Of a stretch of 64,000 bases of DNA, positions 56,225-64,000 are shown one piece after another. The notes below the pieces were generated by a model. The model was not told the origin of the DNA, did not search any database, and saw only the letters and a program-made list of their open reading frames with translations. Numbering within the stretch: position 1 is the stretch's first letter; every line of letters begins with the position of its first letter. The translations under genes and the position numbers were made by a program. Source of the stretch: Spirochaetaceae bacterium (GTDB lineage: Bacteria; Spirochaetota; Spirochaetia; DSM-2461); NCBI GenBank assembly GCA_965224705.1, contig OZ245056.1, positions 1,568,001 through 1,632,000 of the forward strand, given 5' to 3'.

Positions 56225-58074
56225 ACACAATGGATAAAAACTCCCTGCCCCATCTTCTTTCTCTTCTCAAGCATGTTTTTGGCTTCACAGAATTTCGCCC
56301 CTTTCAGGAAGCAATTATTACAGCATCTCTGGCGAACCGGGACATCTTCGCCGCCCTTCCCACAGGGGGAGGCAAGAGTCTCTGCTACCAATTACCAGCC
56401 ATGGTAAGAGATGGTCTGACTGTTGTTATCAGCCCTTTAATAGCTCTGATGAAGGATCAGGTTGATGCGGCCCGGGCCTCCGGTGTTGAAGCTGGATGCT
56501 TGAACAGTTCCATGGATTTTTTCGAGCGGTATGCTGTTTACCAGTCGCTTAATTCCGGTTCCTTGAAAATTCTTTACATTGCTCCCGAAAGGCTGGGAAT
56601 GGAGGGAAGTTTTGAAAATCTGGCCAACTGGGGCTGTACGGCCATTGCAGTGGATGAGGCTCATTGTATCTCCGAATGGGGCCATGACTTCCGCCCGGAG
56701 TACCGTCAGCTCAGCAGCATACGGAAACACTTCCCGGAAATCCCGTTGATGGCCCTCACTGCAACGGCTACTCAGCGGGTTCAAACGGATATCATCAGTC
56801 AACTGGGACTTCAAGACCCCTACATTGTACGGGCCAGTTTCAATCGCCCGGAGATTTTTTATCGTGTAGAGCCTGAAAGAAATATTCTGCCCCGCATCAC
56901 CAGTTTTCTGAAATCACGTCATAACCTTTCCGGTATCATCTACAGGTCAACAAGAGCTGATGTAGAAAAAACTGCGGCATACCTCCAGAAAAAGGGCATA
57001 AATGCGGCGCCCTACCATGCAGGGCTTCCCGATGACGTACGCCGACAGAATCAAGATGATTTCAAGGCGGATCGAATAGCGGTTATAGTGGCCACTGTTG
57101 CATTCGGCATGGGTATAGACAAACCGGATATCCGATTCGTCATACATGGCGATCTCCCTGGAAATCTGGAATCCTACTACCAGGAAACTGGACGCTCAGG
57201 TAGAGATGGAGACAATGCGGAAACTCTGCTTCTATGGAACTTTGGGGATATGGCCAAAACACAGTGGCATATCGACCGGATTGAAAACCCGGTCGAGCGG
57301 AGAAGAGCCGGTGATGCTCTCCGGAAAATGCTCCGTTTCGCCGATACATTTGCCTGTCGGCGCCAAATTCTTCTGGCTCATTTTGGTGAGGAGCACCCTG
57401 GGAAATGCGGGGGGTGTGATGTTTGCACAGGAGAGGTTGAAAGTGTGGATGCTACGGAAGATGCCCGAAAGATTCTCTCCGCAGCCTGCCGGACGAAGCA
57501 AATCTTTGGAGTCCATCACCTTGTTGATATAGTGAGAGGAACCCTGACAGACAAAATTTCCAGTCGGGGTCATCAGTTCTTACCCACTTTTGGTGTGGGG
57601 GCTGATTCTCCCAAAAAGTATTGGCTGGCCATTGCAGGTGATCTGGAGACCGGCGGTTTTGTGTTCCGGGATGAAAGCAGGTACAAAGCCCTCACCCTCA
57701 CAGAGAAAGGGAAGGACCTTCTCTTTGGCAGAATTGAATTCCGTACGGTCCGAAGGGCAATGGATAGGAAGGAGACACTTCATGTCCTGGATCTGGGCGC
57801 ATCCGGCAAAGATGGAATAGAGACGGAGCTTTCCGAGGAGGATGGCCGGCTGTATGAGGTGTTGAGAGCTCTCCGCTTTGCCCAGGCAAAGGAAATTGGG
57901 AAGGCACCCTATATGATATTCCCCAATGCGACATTGAGAGCCATGGCGGTTCATCGTCCCCGAAACGATCAGGAGCTTCTGGCCTGTCCGGGTGTCGGTG
58001 AGAGGAAATTGCAGTCCTGGGGAGAATTATTTCTGAATGAAATCGATCGTTTTCTGAAAAACCTTGAATCTTAA
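56221..58074 (+). CDS. recQ: ATP-dependent DNA helicase RecQ
   Basis: PTGGGKSLCYQLP, DEAHCISEWGHDFRPEY, FGMGIDKPD, QETGRSGRDG, Zn-binding, RQC and HRDC domains. Confidence 0.97.
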   Translation: MNTMDKNSLPHLLSLLKHVFGFTEFRPFQEAIITASLANRDIFAALPTGGGKSLCYQLPAMVRDGLTVVISPLIALMKDQVDAARASGVEAGCLNSSMDFFERYAVYQSLNSGSLKILYIAPERLGMEGSFENLANWGCTAIAVDEAHCISEWGHDFRPEYRQLSSIRKHFPEIPLMALTATATQRVQTDIISQLGLQDPYIVRASFNRPEIFYRVEPERNILPRITSFLKSRHNLSGIIYRSTRADVEKTAAYLQKKGINAAPYHAGLPDDVRRQNQDDFKADRIAVIVATVAFGMGIDKPDIRFVIHGDLPGNLESYYQETGRSGRDGDNAETLLLWNFGDMAKTQWHIDRIENPVERRRAGDALRKMLRFADTFACRRQILLAHFGEEHPGKCGGCDVCTGEVESVDATEDARKILSAACRTKQIFGVHHLVDIVRGTLTDKISSRGHQFLPTFGVGADSPKKYWLAIAGDLETGGFVFRDESRYKALTLTEKGKDLLFGRIEFRTVRRAMDRKETLHVLDLGASGKDGIETELSEEDGRLYEVLRALRFAQAKEIGKAPYMIFPNATLRAMAVHRPRNDQELLACPGVGERKLQSWGELFLNEIDRFLKNLES

Positions 58075-58092
58075 ACCGTAAAATGTCAGAAT

Positions 58093-59127
58093 GTGAAAAT
58101 GATAGCCCTCACCGGAGCCACGGGATTTCTTGGCCACTCAATTCTCCGCCAGCTTAAAGCGGCCGATCAGCCAGTTGGTGCTGTACTTCTCAATACGTCC
58201 GATACATCTCGAATAAAACCCTACTGTAAATGGACGGCCGAGGCATCACTGGACAATGTTGGATCCCTGGTTGAAGTATTCAGCGGAAGTGATGTTGTTA
58301 TTCACTCAGCGGCTCTTATTGACATTCGTGCCGGGCATCGGTCTCTCCTTCGCAAAGTTAATTTTGAGGGGACAAAGAATGTTATGAAGGCATGCCGCCA
58401 GACAGGGGTGAAGCGGTTGATCTATCTCAGCAGTATAGAGGCCTTTGATCTTACTTCCAATCGTCGACCCATACGGGAAGATTTTGGTTTTTCCGATGGA
58501 ACAGCCATCATGGATTATGGAGAAAGCAAGGCAGAAGCAAGCCGAATGGTTATGGCGGCTGGATTGAGCGGTCATATGGAAACTGTGATTATCTGTCCAT
58601 CCGGTCTGGTTGGTCCCTGGGACTATCGGATGGGTCTCTTTACGAAGTTGATTGGACTGTTTCTCAGAGGCAAAATGCCTCCTTTTTCAATTCCTGGGGG
58701 GATGGATTTTGTGGATGTCCGGGATGTGGCTGGTGCTGTTATCAGTTCCATTCAAAAAGGCCGTTCAGGAGAATACTATCTTACTTCTGGTGACTATTTA
58801 GAGCTTTCTCACTTCTTTATGATTCTGGAAAAACTCAGCGGCATCAAGCCTCCAAAGTATACACTTCCTCACTCCCTATGCCGCATCGTTGCCCGAAGCA
58901 TGGAAATCTGGGCCAATGCTTTTAACAGGACAACACCTCTTACTCCGGGAGCGTTGAAATTACTTGGGAAGGATGTCCGCATAGATTCAAATAAGGCCAG
59001 AGAGGAATTGAATTTCGCAGCCCGTCCCATCGAAAAAACGTTTGAAGACATGGTGGCCTGGTTTCGCAATCCCGAAACAGAGACTATTGATTCTGCCCCT
59101 GCTGCTTCTCTCGATCCTTCAATATAG
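58093..59127 (+). CDS. NAD-dependent epimerase/dehydratase (3-beta-HSD/dihydroflavonol reductase-like)
   Basis: LTGATGFLG, VIHSAA, VNFEGTKNV, YLSSIEA, YGESK, DFVDVRDVA. Confidence 0.88.
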   Translation: MKMIALTGATGFLGHSILRQLKAADQPVGAVLLNTSDTSRIKPYCKWTAEASLDNVGSLVEVFSGSDVVIHSAALIDIRAGHRSLLRKVNFEGTKNVMKACRQTGVKRLIYLSSIEAFDLTSNRRPIREDFGFSDGTAIMDYGESKAEASRMVMAAGLSGHMETVIICPSGLVGPWDYRMGLFTKLIGLFLRGKMPPFSIPGGMDFVDVRDVAGAVISSIQKGRSGEYYLTSGDYLELSHFFMILEKLSGIKPPKYTLPHSLCRIVARSMEIWANAFNRTTPLTPGALKLLGKDVRIDSNKAREELNFAARPIEKTFEDMVAWFRNPETETIDSAPAASLDPSI

Positions 59128-59575
59128 CTGCGGCCAGCTCTCTGGCCCAATGATGGACTTCTTCTCCCTCCGGAAGCTGTGTCATCATATCCTGTCTGAG
59201 TCCTGAAATGAGGAGCCTTGCCCCAAGAATACTCAGTCTGGCTTCAAGAATGTCCACAGCCTCTGCAAAGAAGGGATAGCGGCTGTTCCCGGAACCGAAT
59301 ACTGCGGCTTTGCAGCCGGTGAGATCCAGGTCATCCATACCAAGTTCAAATCTCAGAAAATCCTGCTGGAGATCGCCCTGCCCATAGGTTGAACTTCCTA
59401 AAACCACATAGGGATACTCGTTGAGTTCCCCGGGGCTGGTTTCAAAAACGTTTTTTATGACTGCGGATATGCCTGCTTCCTCCAGCGTTTTTCCAAGAAC
59501 GGCTGCAATACGTGCAGTTTTTCTTCTGGTGCTGCCATAGACAATCAAGACTTCCCTCATTGCAGTCCGGTTCAC
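59084..59575 (-). CDS. short-chain flavodoxin
   Basis: IVYGST..T, LGSSTYGQG, AAVFGSG...Y..F.EAVD. Overlaps the mevalonate kinase stop. Confidence 0.88.
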   Translation of the reverse strand: MNRTAMREVLIVYGSTRRKTARIAAVLGKTLEEAGISAVIKNVFETSPGELNEYPYVVLGSSTYGQGDLQQDFLRFELGMDDLDLTGCKAAVFGSGNSRYPFFAEAVDILEARLSILGARLLISGLRQDMMTQLPEGEEVHHWARELAAAILKDREKQQGQNQ

Positions 59576-60543
59576 AGGCCGCCCACGTTTATTGCCTTTA
59601 GAGGTTCTGCGAGGGTTATACCATTCCCTGCCAGTAAATCAGGCAGGCTGTTCATGAGATATCTCTGTGTGGATTCGTCCTGCACAAGCAGGACGAACGC
59701 TCCTCCCATTCCTCCTCCGCTCAATTTCCCGGCCAATGCTCCATTTGATTGTGCTATGGACAGCACCTGATCCAGATCCCTGCTTGAAAGACTTGATTCG
59801 CTGAGTTGAAACTGCATCAGACTGATTGTGTCCGCAGTGAGTCGGAGAAAATCATTTGTATTAATTCCAATTCGTCTGATCCGTTTGATAAATGCGGTTA
59901 TTGCTTCCTGCATTTCCTGGATGATGGACGCATTTTTGCGGTCTCCTGAAACAAGGCTTCGATGTAATTCTTCAACAGAAGAAACTGTTCCCTGTTCACG
60001 GGGCAGAGCACCGTAGATTAAGTGAAGAAGCGGTATTTTCAATTTTCTGCCGACAGGAATATCCCCTCTTTTTGGATACCAGGTATTGAGTCCTGGCATG
60101 GAGGACATTCCAGTATCGATACCGGATGGATTGCCGTGAAATCTCCGTTCCAGTTTGTTGGCCAGCCGGTGAATACTGCGATTATATCCTGTTGAGCTGC
60201 TCCCCATGAGAATCCGGGCAACGGCCACACAAAGAGCTCCCGAAGAACCAAATCCTCCGGCTCGAGGAACATCGCTCAGCACTGTCCACCGTCCATTTAT
60301 ATCTCTTACCGGAAGTTTTTCTTTCTCTGCAGCCCTCAGCAGCTCAAGCATGACAGCCGCATCTTTCTCATCCATTTTTGGAAAGGATGGGGAACCGGAG
60401 TCATCCGGCTGGAAAACAACCCTTGTTCGGCAGGGTAAGTCAAAACCGATGGCCGGGCAGCCATACACGGCGGCATGCTCGCCGAAAAGGATGAGCTTGC
60501 CGGTTGCGGACATTGTAAAGGCGATGTTAGAAGGATTCTTCAC
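59572..60543 (-). CDS. mvk: mevalonate kinase
   Basis: GKLILFGEHAAVYG.PAI, PRAGGFGSSGA, E..FHGNPSGID, KLSGGGMGG. Confidence 0.92.
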   Translation of the reverse strand: MKNPSNIAFTMSATGKLILFGEHAAVYGCPAIGFDLPCRTRVVFQPDDSGSPSFPKMDEKDAAVMLELLRAAEKEKLPVRDINGRWTVLSDVPRAGGFGSSGALCVAVARILMGSSSTGYNRSIHRLANKLERRFHGNPSGIDTGMSSMPGLNTWYPKRGDIPVGRKLKIPLLHLIYGALPREQGTVSSVEELHRSLVSGDRKNASIIQEMQEAITAFIKRIRRIGINTNDFLRLTADTISLMQFQLSESSLSSRDLDQVLSIAQSNGALAGKLSGGGMGGAFVLLVQDESTQRYLMNSLPDLLAGNGITLAEPLKAINVGGL

Positions 60544-61459
60544 AGTTCAAACCTTCTTCCTCCAGATGGAAAAATCCAGCCTTTCCCTGATCGACAAGGA
60601 TGTCCAGCACGGCCATTTCCTTTTTCAGGATTGATCCTGTCCGGTAGAGAAGAAGGGTGAGTTCATTCCCTGCCCCGACACATTTCACCGCAGTTCCTGC
60701 GCGGGTTCCCTCCAGAATATCCTGTCCCAACTCATGGGGCAGATGGGGCCGTGCCGGAACGCCAATGGCTTCGCCCAGTTGAATTCCCAATCGGCCGTAC
60801 TCTCCCAGCAGGGAGAATACCCTATCACTATTTCCCTGAGTGTCAAGATAATGGAGGAATTCAATGAGTGTGTGTGTCATCCGGGTACGCAATTTGCCTG
60901 CCTGCTCCTTGAATTGACCGGCCCATCGGGTATAGAGATCCACAGCCACTGGGCTGCTCACCGGTGAAGATCCCCGGAGAAGGCAGCCGCCGATTTCCTC
61001 CGGCCATCTGATTTTTTCCCATGTCGGAGAAATTCCTCCTCTGAAGAGACCTGCTCCACCATGAGCCGAGGTGTAGACATCATAACCGCTTCCGCGGCCT
61101 CCCTGGAAGTGTCGGTGAGCCATCAATGCGTTCTGAAGAACTTCCCTGTCAGAGGAGTCCATCAGGGTGCGAGTCATTAACAGAGCAGCAGCGGCACTGG
61201 ATCCCAATCCCCATTTTAAACCATCTTTAGAATAAAACATCAAAGTGTCCACAAAAATGTTGCTGTATTCCGGCCGCTTCGATAAAACTGTGCATACCGA
61301 ATTGAGAAGTTCCCTGCCGTGCGGATTCCCGGAAGAAATACAATCTCCACGAAGGAGGCGGGCCCTGCCTCCAGCAGCAAGGGCTATTCCCAATCCTCCT
61401 TCTTCTGTTACATGGTATTCGCCAGCCAGCAGAATACTGCCGGGGGCCGTCCACCTCAT
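60527..61459 (-). CDS. phosphomevalonate kinase (GHMP family)
   Basis: APGSILLAGEY, KWGLGSSAA, AH..FQGG.GSGYD, K.VGAG.E. ATG overlaps the mvaD TGA. Confidence 0.82.
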   Translation of the reverse strand: MRWTAPGSILLAGEYHVTEEGGLGIALAAGGRARLLRGDCISSGNPHGRELLNSVCTVLSKRPEYSNIFVDTLMFYSKDGLKWGLGSSAAAALLMTRTLMDSSDREVLQNALMAHRHFQGGRGSGYDVYTSAHGGAGLFRGGISPTWEKIRWPEEIGGCLLRGSSPVSSPVAVDLYTRWAGQFKEQAGKLRTRMTHTLIEFLHYLDTQGNSDRVFSLLGEYGRLGIQLGEAIGVPARPHLPHELGQDILEGTRAGTAVKCVGAGNELTLLLYRTGSILKKEMAVLDILVDQGKAGFFHLEEEGLNCEESF

Positions 61460-62460
61460 CACAGGGTCTGTACCTGCGGTTCCCGGGCTGCGGAACACTC
61501 CCTTGTACGAACTCCATGGACGTTCTCTGCGATCTGTTTGATCAGGAATTGCGCATTCTGCTTCTCACAGAATATCTTTACCTGCGGGCCGGCATCCATG
61601 GTTTCCCAGAATTGATAATGCTCCTGCCTGAGTTTGTCAACCAGATCCAGAACCTGTAGACTTCTGGGCGACCAGTACCGAATTGGAACCTCGGCGGCAA
61701 ACATGGTTGAAAACATTCTCATATAGCTGCGGCGAATGATGGGCCCCAGGCGTTCAAGGCTGCAGGAGTTGAGAGCCTCTATGGCTTTCTCGGTGAGTAT
61801 TGGCGCATTTCTGACCCACTCACTGTAGAACGGAGAACTGAGACGGCACTGTTCCATGGCCTCTCTTGAGGATATTTTCTTGGGACCGGGTTCTGTCTCC
61901 ACGACAATTACACGCAGATCGGGCCAGTGACCTGCCACTTCATGGGCCGATTCTCCACCGGCGGGGAGGAGGGTGAAGCCGCCAAAGACAGATCGGGCCG
62001 CCGATGCTGAACCGATGCGGGCCAGAGACGAAATCTCCCGGCTGTTCAGCCCCAGTGAAAGGGCCTGGTTACAGGCCAGTGCCAGGGCGGCGAATCCTGC
62101 CGAGGAGCTGGCAATCCCGGCGGCCAGCGGAAAATTCAACTCACTCTGCGCCTGAACAGCAAATTTCTTCCCCGCCCTTCCGGTTAATTCTCTGAGCTCG
62201 CTGAAAAACTCTTCAAACCGATCCGGATTCTGGAGTTTCCCACCGATAAACACCTGGTCGGAAATGGATGAATCTTCATGTGTTGAAATTATTTCAACCT
62301 CTGTCTTACAGTTGAGTTCCGAAAGGCAGAGTGCCAGGGATGGAGTGGCCGGAATATTTCTCCGCCCATCCGTTTTACCCCAGTATTTTGTGAGGGCTAA
62401 ACTGGGGTGGGTGATGGCCAATGCCTTTCCGAGAATCCTGTCCGTGTCAGCCGGCGGCAT
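61459..62460 (-). CDS. mvaD: diphosphomevalonate decarboxylase
   Basis: LALTKYWGK, NFPLAAGIASSSAGFAAL, ARIGS.SAARS, KKISSREAM, TMDAGPQVK. Confidence 0.93.
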   Translation of the reverse strand: MPPADTDRILGKALAITHPSLALTKYWGKTDGRRNIPATPSLALCLSELNCKTEVEIISTHEDSSISDQVFIGGKLQNPDRFEEFFSELRELTGRAGKKFAVQAQSELNFPLAAGIASSSAGFAALALACNQALSLGLNSREISSLARIGSASAARSVFGGFTLLPAGGESAHEVAGHWPDLRVIVVETEPGPKKISSREAMEQCRLSSPFYSEWVRNAPILTEKAIEALNSCSLERLGPIIRRSYMRMFSTMFAAEVPIRYWSPRSLQVLDLVDKLRQEHYQFWETMDAGPQVKIFCEKQNAQFLIKQIAENVHGVRTRECSAAREPQVQTL

Positions 62461-63736
62461 GTTCCTGTTTCCATTTCCGGAATCGAAGAACTGCTTTGGC
62501 CCGGGATCGAATTGTTTCGGATCGAATCACCTGTGTATAGGCGGCAATTTCTTCCGTCCTGGCTCCGGAACTGAAGGCCAGGCGCCGTGCGTGGAGTTCC
62601 ATGTGTCCGGCCTGTATGCCCTCGCACACCAATGCCCGCAAAGCTGCAAGGTTTTGAACAAGACCGACCGCTGCGGCAATGCGGCTCAAGCCCTGAGCGT
62701 CAGGATTCTCAAGCATATCCAGGGCCCAGCGCGATGCGGGATGGAAACCGACAGCACCTCCTGTAACGGCAAATGGGAGGGGTAATTCCAGTGTCCCATG
62801 CAGAATATCCCCTTCAATCCAATACTCGCTCAGCCCGCGGTAAGAGCCGCTGCGGCTGGCCCAGGCATGAATGGCGGCTTCTATGGCCCGCGTATCATTG
62901 CAGGTTGCCAGGGCCAGGGCACTGATTCCATTCATGATTCCCTTGTTGTGGGTAATGGCCCTATCTTCATCTTCCCGGGTTATATTGGCCGCTTTTACAA
63001 TGCGTGCCGCTGTTTGATGGCCATCGAAACCAGATCTCTGTAAACTCTTCACCGGCATACTGAGTTGGGCTCTGGCTGTTCTATCCCTTGATCGGTTGGA
63101 CAATATGGCCATCAGAATCTTCCCCCCTGTGATGTCTTCAAGCAGGGGCTTCACTTTTTCGGCAGCACTGTTGAGCAGATTCGCTCCCAGGGCATCCCGA
63201 ACGTCAATTTTTAGGTTTACAGAAAATGTCCGGGCGGATGCCAGCCAGCGGACGTCCATTCCCCTCCAGCCGCCTCCCCGGTTTTCCATGGAGGTTAGCA
63301 AAGGTTCCAGATGCAGACGCAGATGCATTTCTGCCTCCCGGATTTTGTTGACCCCACTCTCCCGCAGTCCTCCTGTGTCATCGACAAAGATCTGTGCCAC
63401 CATTACAGGATCACTGGCCGATGTGGAAAGCTGCCCATTTCTGGAACAGAGATGCCCGATGTAGGAACAGGCCGCAAGGACCGATGGTTCTTCTGTGGCC
63501 AGCGGAATCATGTACTCCCTGCCGTCAATTGAAAGAGGACCGGCCAGTCCCATCGGCACGGCCATGTAGCCTGCCGCCTGTTCAACCATCACCTCTGAGA
63601 GGTTGAGCATCTCAGCATCATGGCCGCTTGAGTAAAAATCCTGACAGGATTCAGGGTAGTGTTCTTCTATCATCTTCCGTCTCTTCTGGATGGGTCCGAG
63701 GCGGAACTTTTTTCCAGCAAGATGATGTTTTTTCAT
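62447..63736 (-). CDS. mvaA: HMG-CoA reductase, class II
   Basis: PLATEEPSVLAA, DALGAN.LN, ILSN, RA.THNKGIMNGI, NDTRAIEA, QNLAALRALV.EGIQ.GHM.LHAR. Confidence 0.94.
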   Translation of the reverse strand: MKKHHLAGKKFRLGPIQKRRKMIEEHYPESCQDFYSSGHDAEMLNLSEVMVEQAAGYMAVPMGLAGPLSIDGREYMIPLATEEPSVLAACSYIGHLCSRNGQLSTSASDPVMVAQIFVDDTGGLRESGVNKIREAEMHLRLHLEPLLTSMENRGGGWRGMDVRWLASARTFSVNLKIDVRDALGANLLNSAAEKVKPLLEDITGGKILMAILSNRSRDRTARAQLSMPVKSLQRSGFDGHQTAARIVKAANITREDEDRAITHNKGIMNGISALALATCNDTRAIEAAIHAWASRSGSYRGLSEYWIEGDILHGTLELPLPFAVTGGAVGFHPASRWALDMLENPDAQGLSRIAAAVGLVQNLAALRALVCEGIQAGHMELHARRLAFSSGARTEEIAAYTQVIRSETIRSRAKAVLRFRKWKQEHAAG

Positions 63737-64000
63737 GAGGATGACCATCCAGTTTTCAGGGCTTCTTCGGCAAGGACGGCAGCCCGGTGTTCCAGATCCG
63801 CCGGGATGTGCAGGGTGAGGGATTTCAGTTCCTTAAGAGTGCCTGCGCCTGTCAGGGCAATGGCGGCCTGAAGCCCTTCTTCAATGGAAGCCAGGTAGGA
63901 AAAAACTTCTTCAGAGCCGCTATGGGCTTTCCGAATGAATGGGAGGGCCGCGGCGGCCATAGACGCACCACAGGCCAGTGCTCTTGCAAATTCATTGGGT
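63733..64000 (-). CDS. fni: type 2 isopentenyl-diphosphate isomerase, 3' part (truncated by the window edge)
   Basis: Frame open to the edge: ..EFARALACGASMAAAALPFI...LQAAIALTGAGTLKEL, matching the IDI-2 C-terminus. TGA overlaps the HMGR ATG. Confidence 0.75.
   Translation of the reverse strand, partial: PNEFARALACGASMAAAALPFIRKAHSGSEEVFSYLASIEEGLQAAIALTGAGTLKELKSLTLHIPADLEHRAAVLAEEALKTGWSSS

Overview
Housekeeping-rich chromosomal segment of a spirochaete, most likely a free-living Spirochaetales. Support for this is the FlcA-like collar protein, spirochaete-type EF-G and MetG, a FemX-like transferase and murC-yicC-cmk synteny. It holds about 55 CDS (lptCAB, folC, a hisD-like gene, nrdR, folE, pheST, lipB, metG, pgm, rnhA, dusA, murC, fusA, SOR-ferritin-rubredoxin, aroCK, engB, recQ and a mevalonate operon running off the right edge) plus tRNA-Val(CAC) and tRNA-Leu(CAA). 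I found no transposase, integrase, phage gene or CRISPR array. The most striking signal is intergenic: at least three families of miniature inverted-repeat elements. Family A is 161 bp with 15-bp TIRs and 4-bp TSDs (3 copies). Family B is one 396-bp ISAs1-like element with 18-bp TIRs and a 10-bp TSD, nesting an inner inverted repeat and three abutting hairpins. Family C is a degenerate ~21-bp end motif found paired and solo. Several copies sit directly at sigma70-like promoters. Other points of interest are a HisD paralogue with altered Zn and substrate ligands, triple NrdR boxes at an nrdR with no adjacent reductase, several apparently leaderless genes, a Borrelia-order mevalonate operon ending in a flavodoxin, and two candidate structured RNAs. 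All calls come from reading the sequence by eye; no searches were run.
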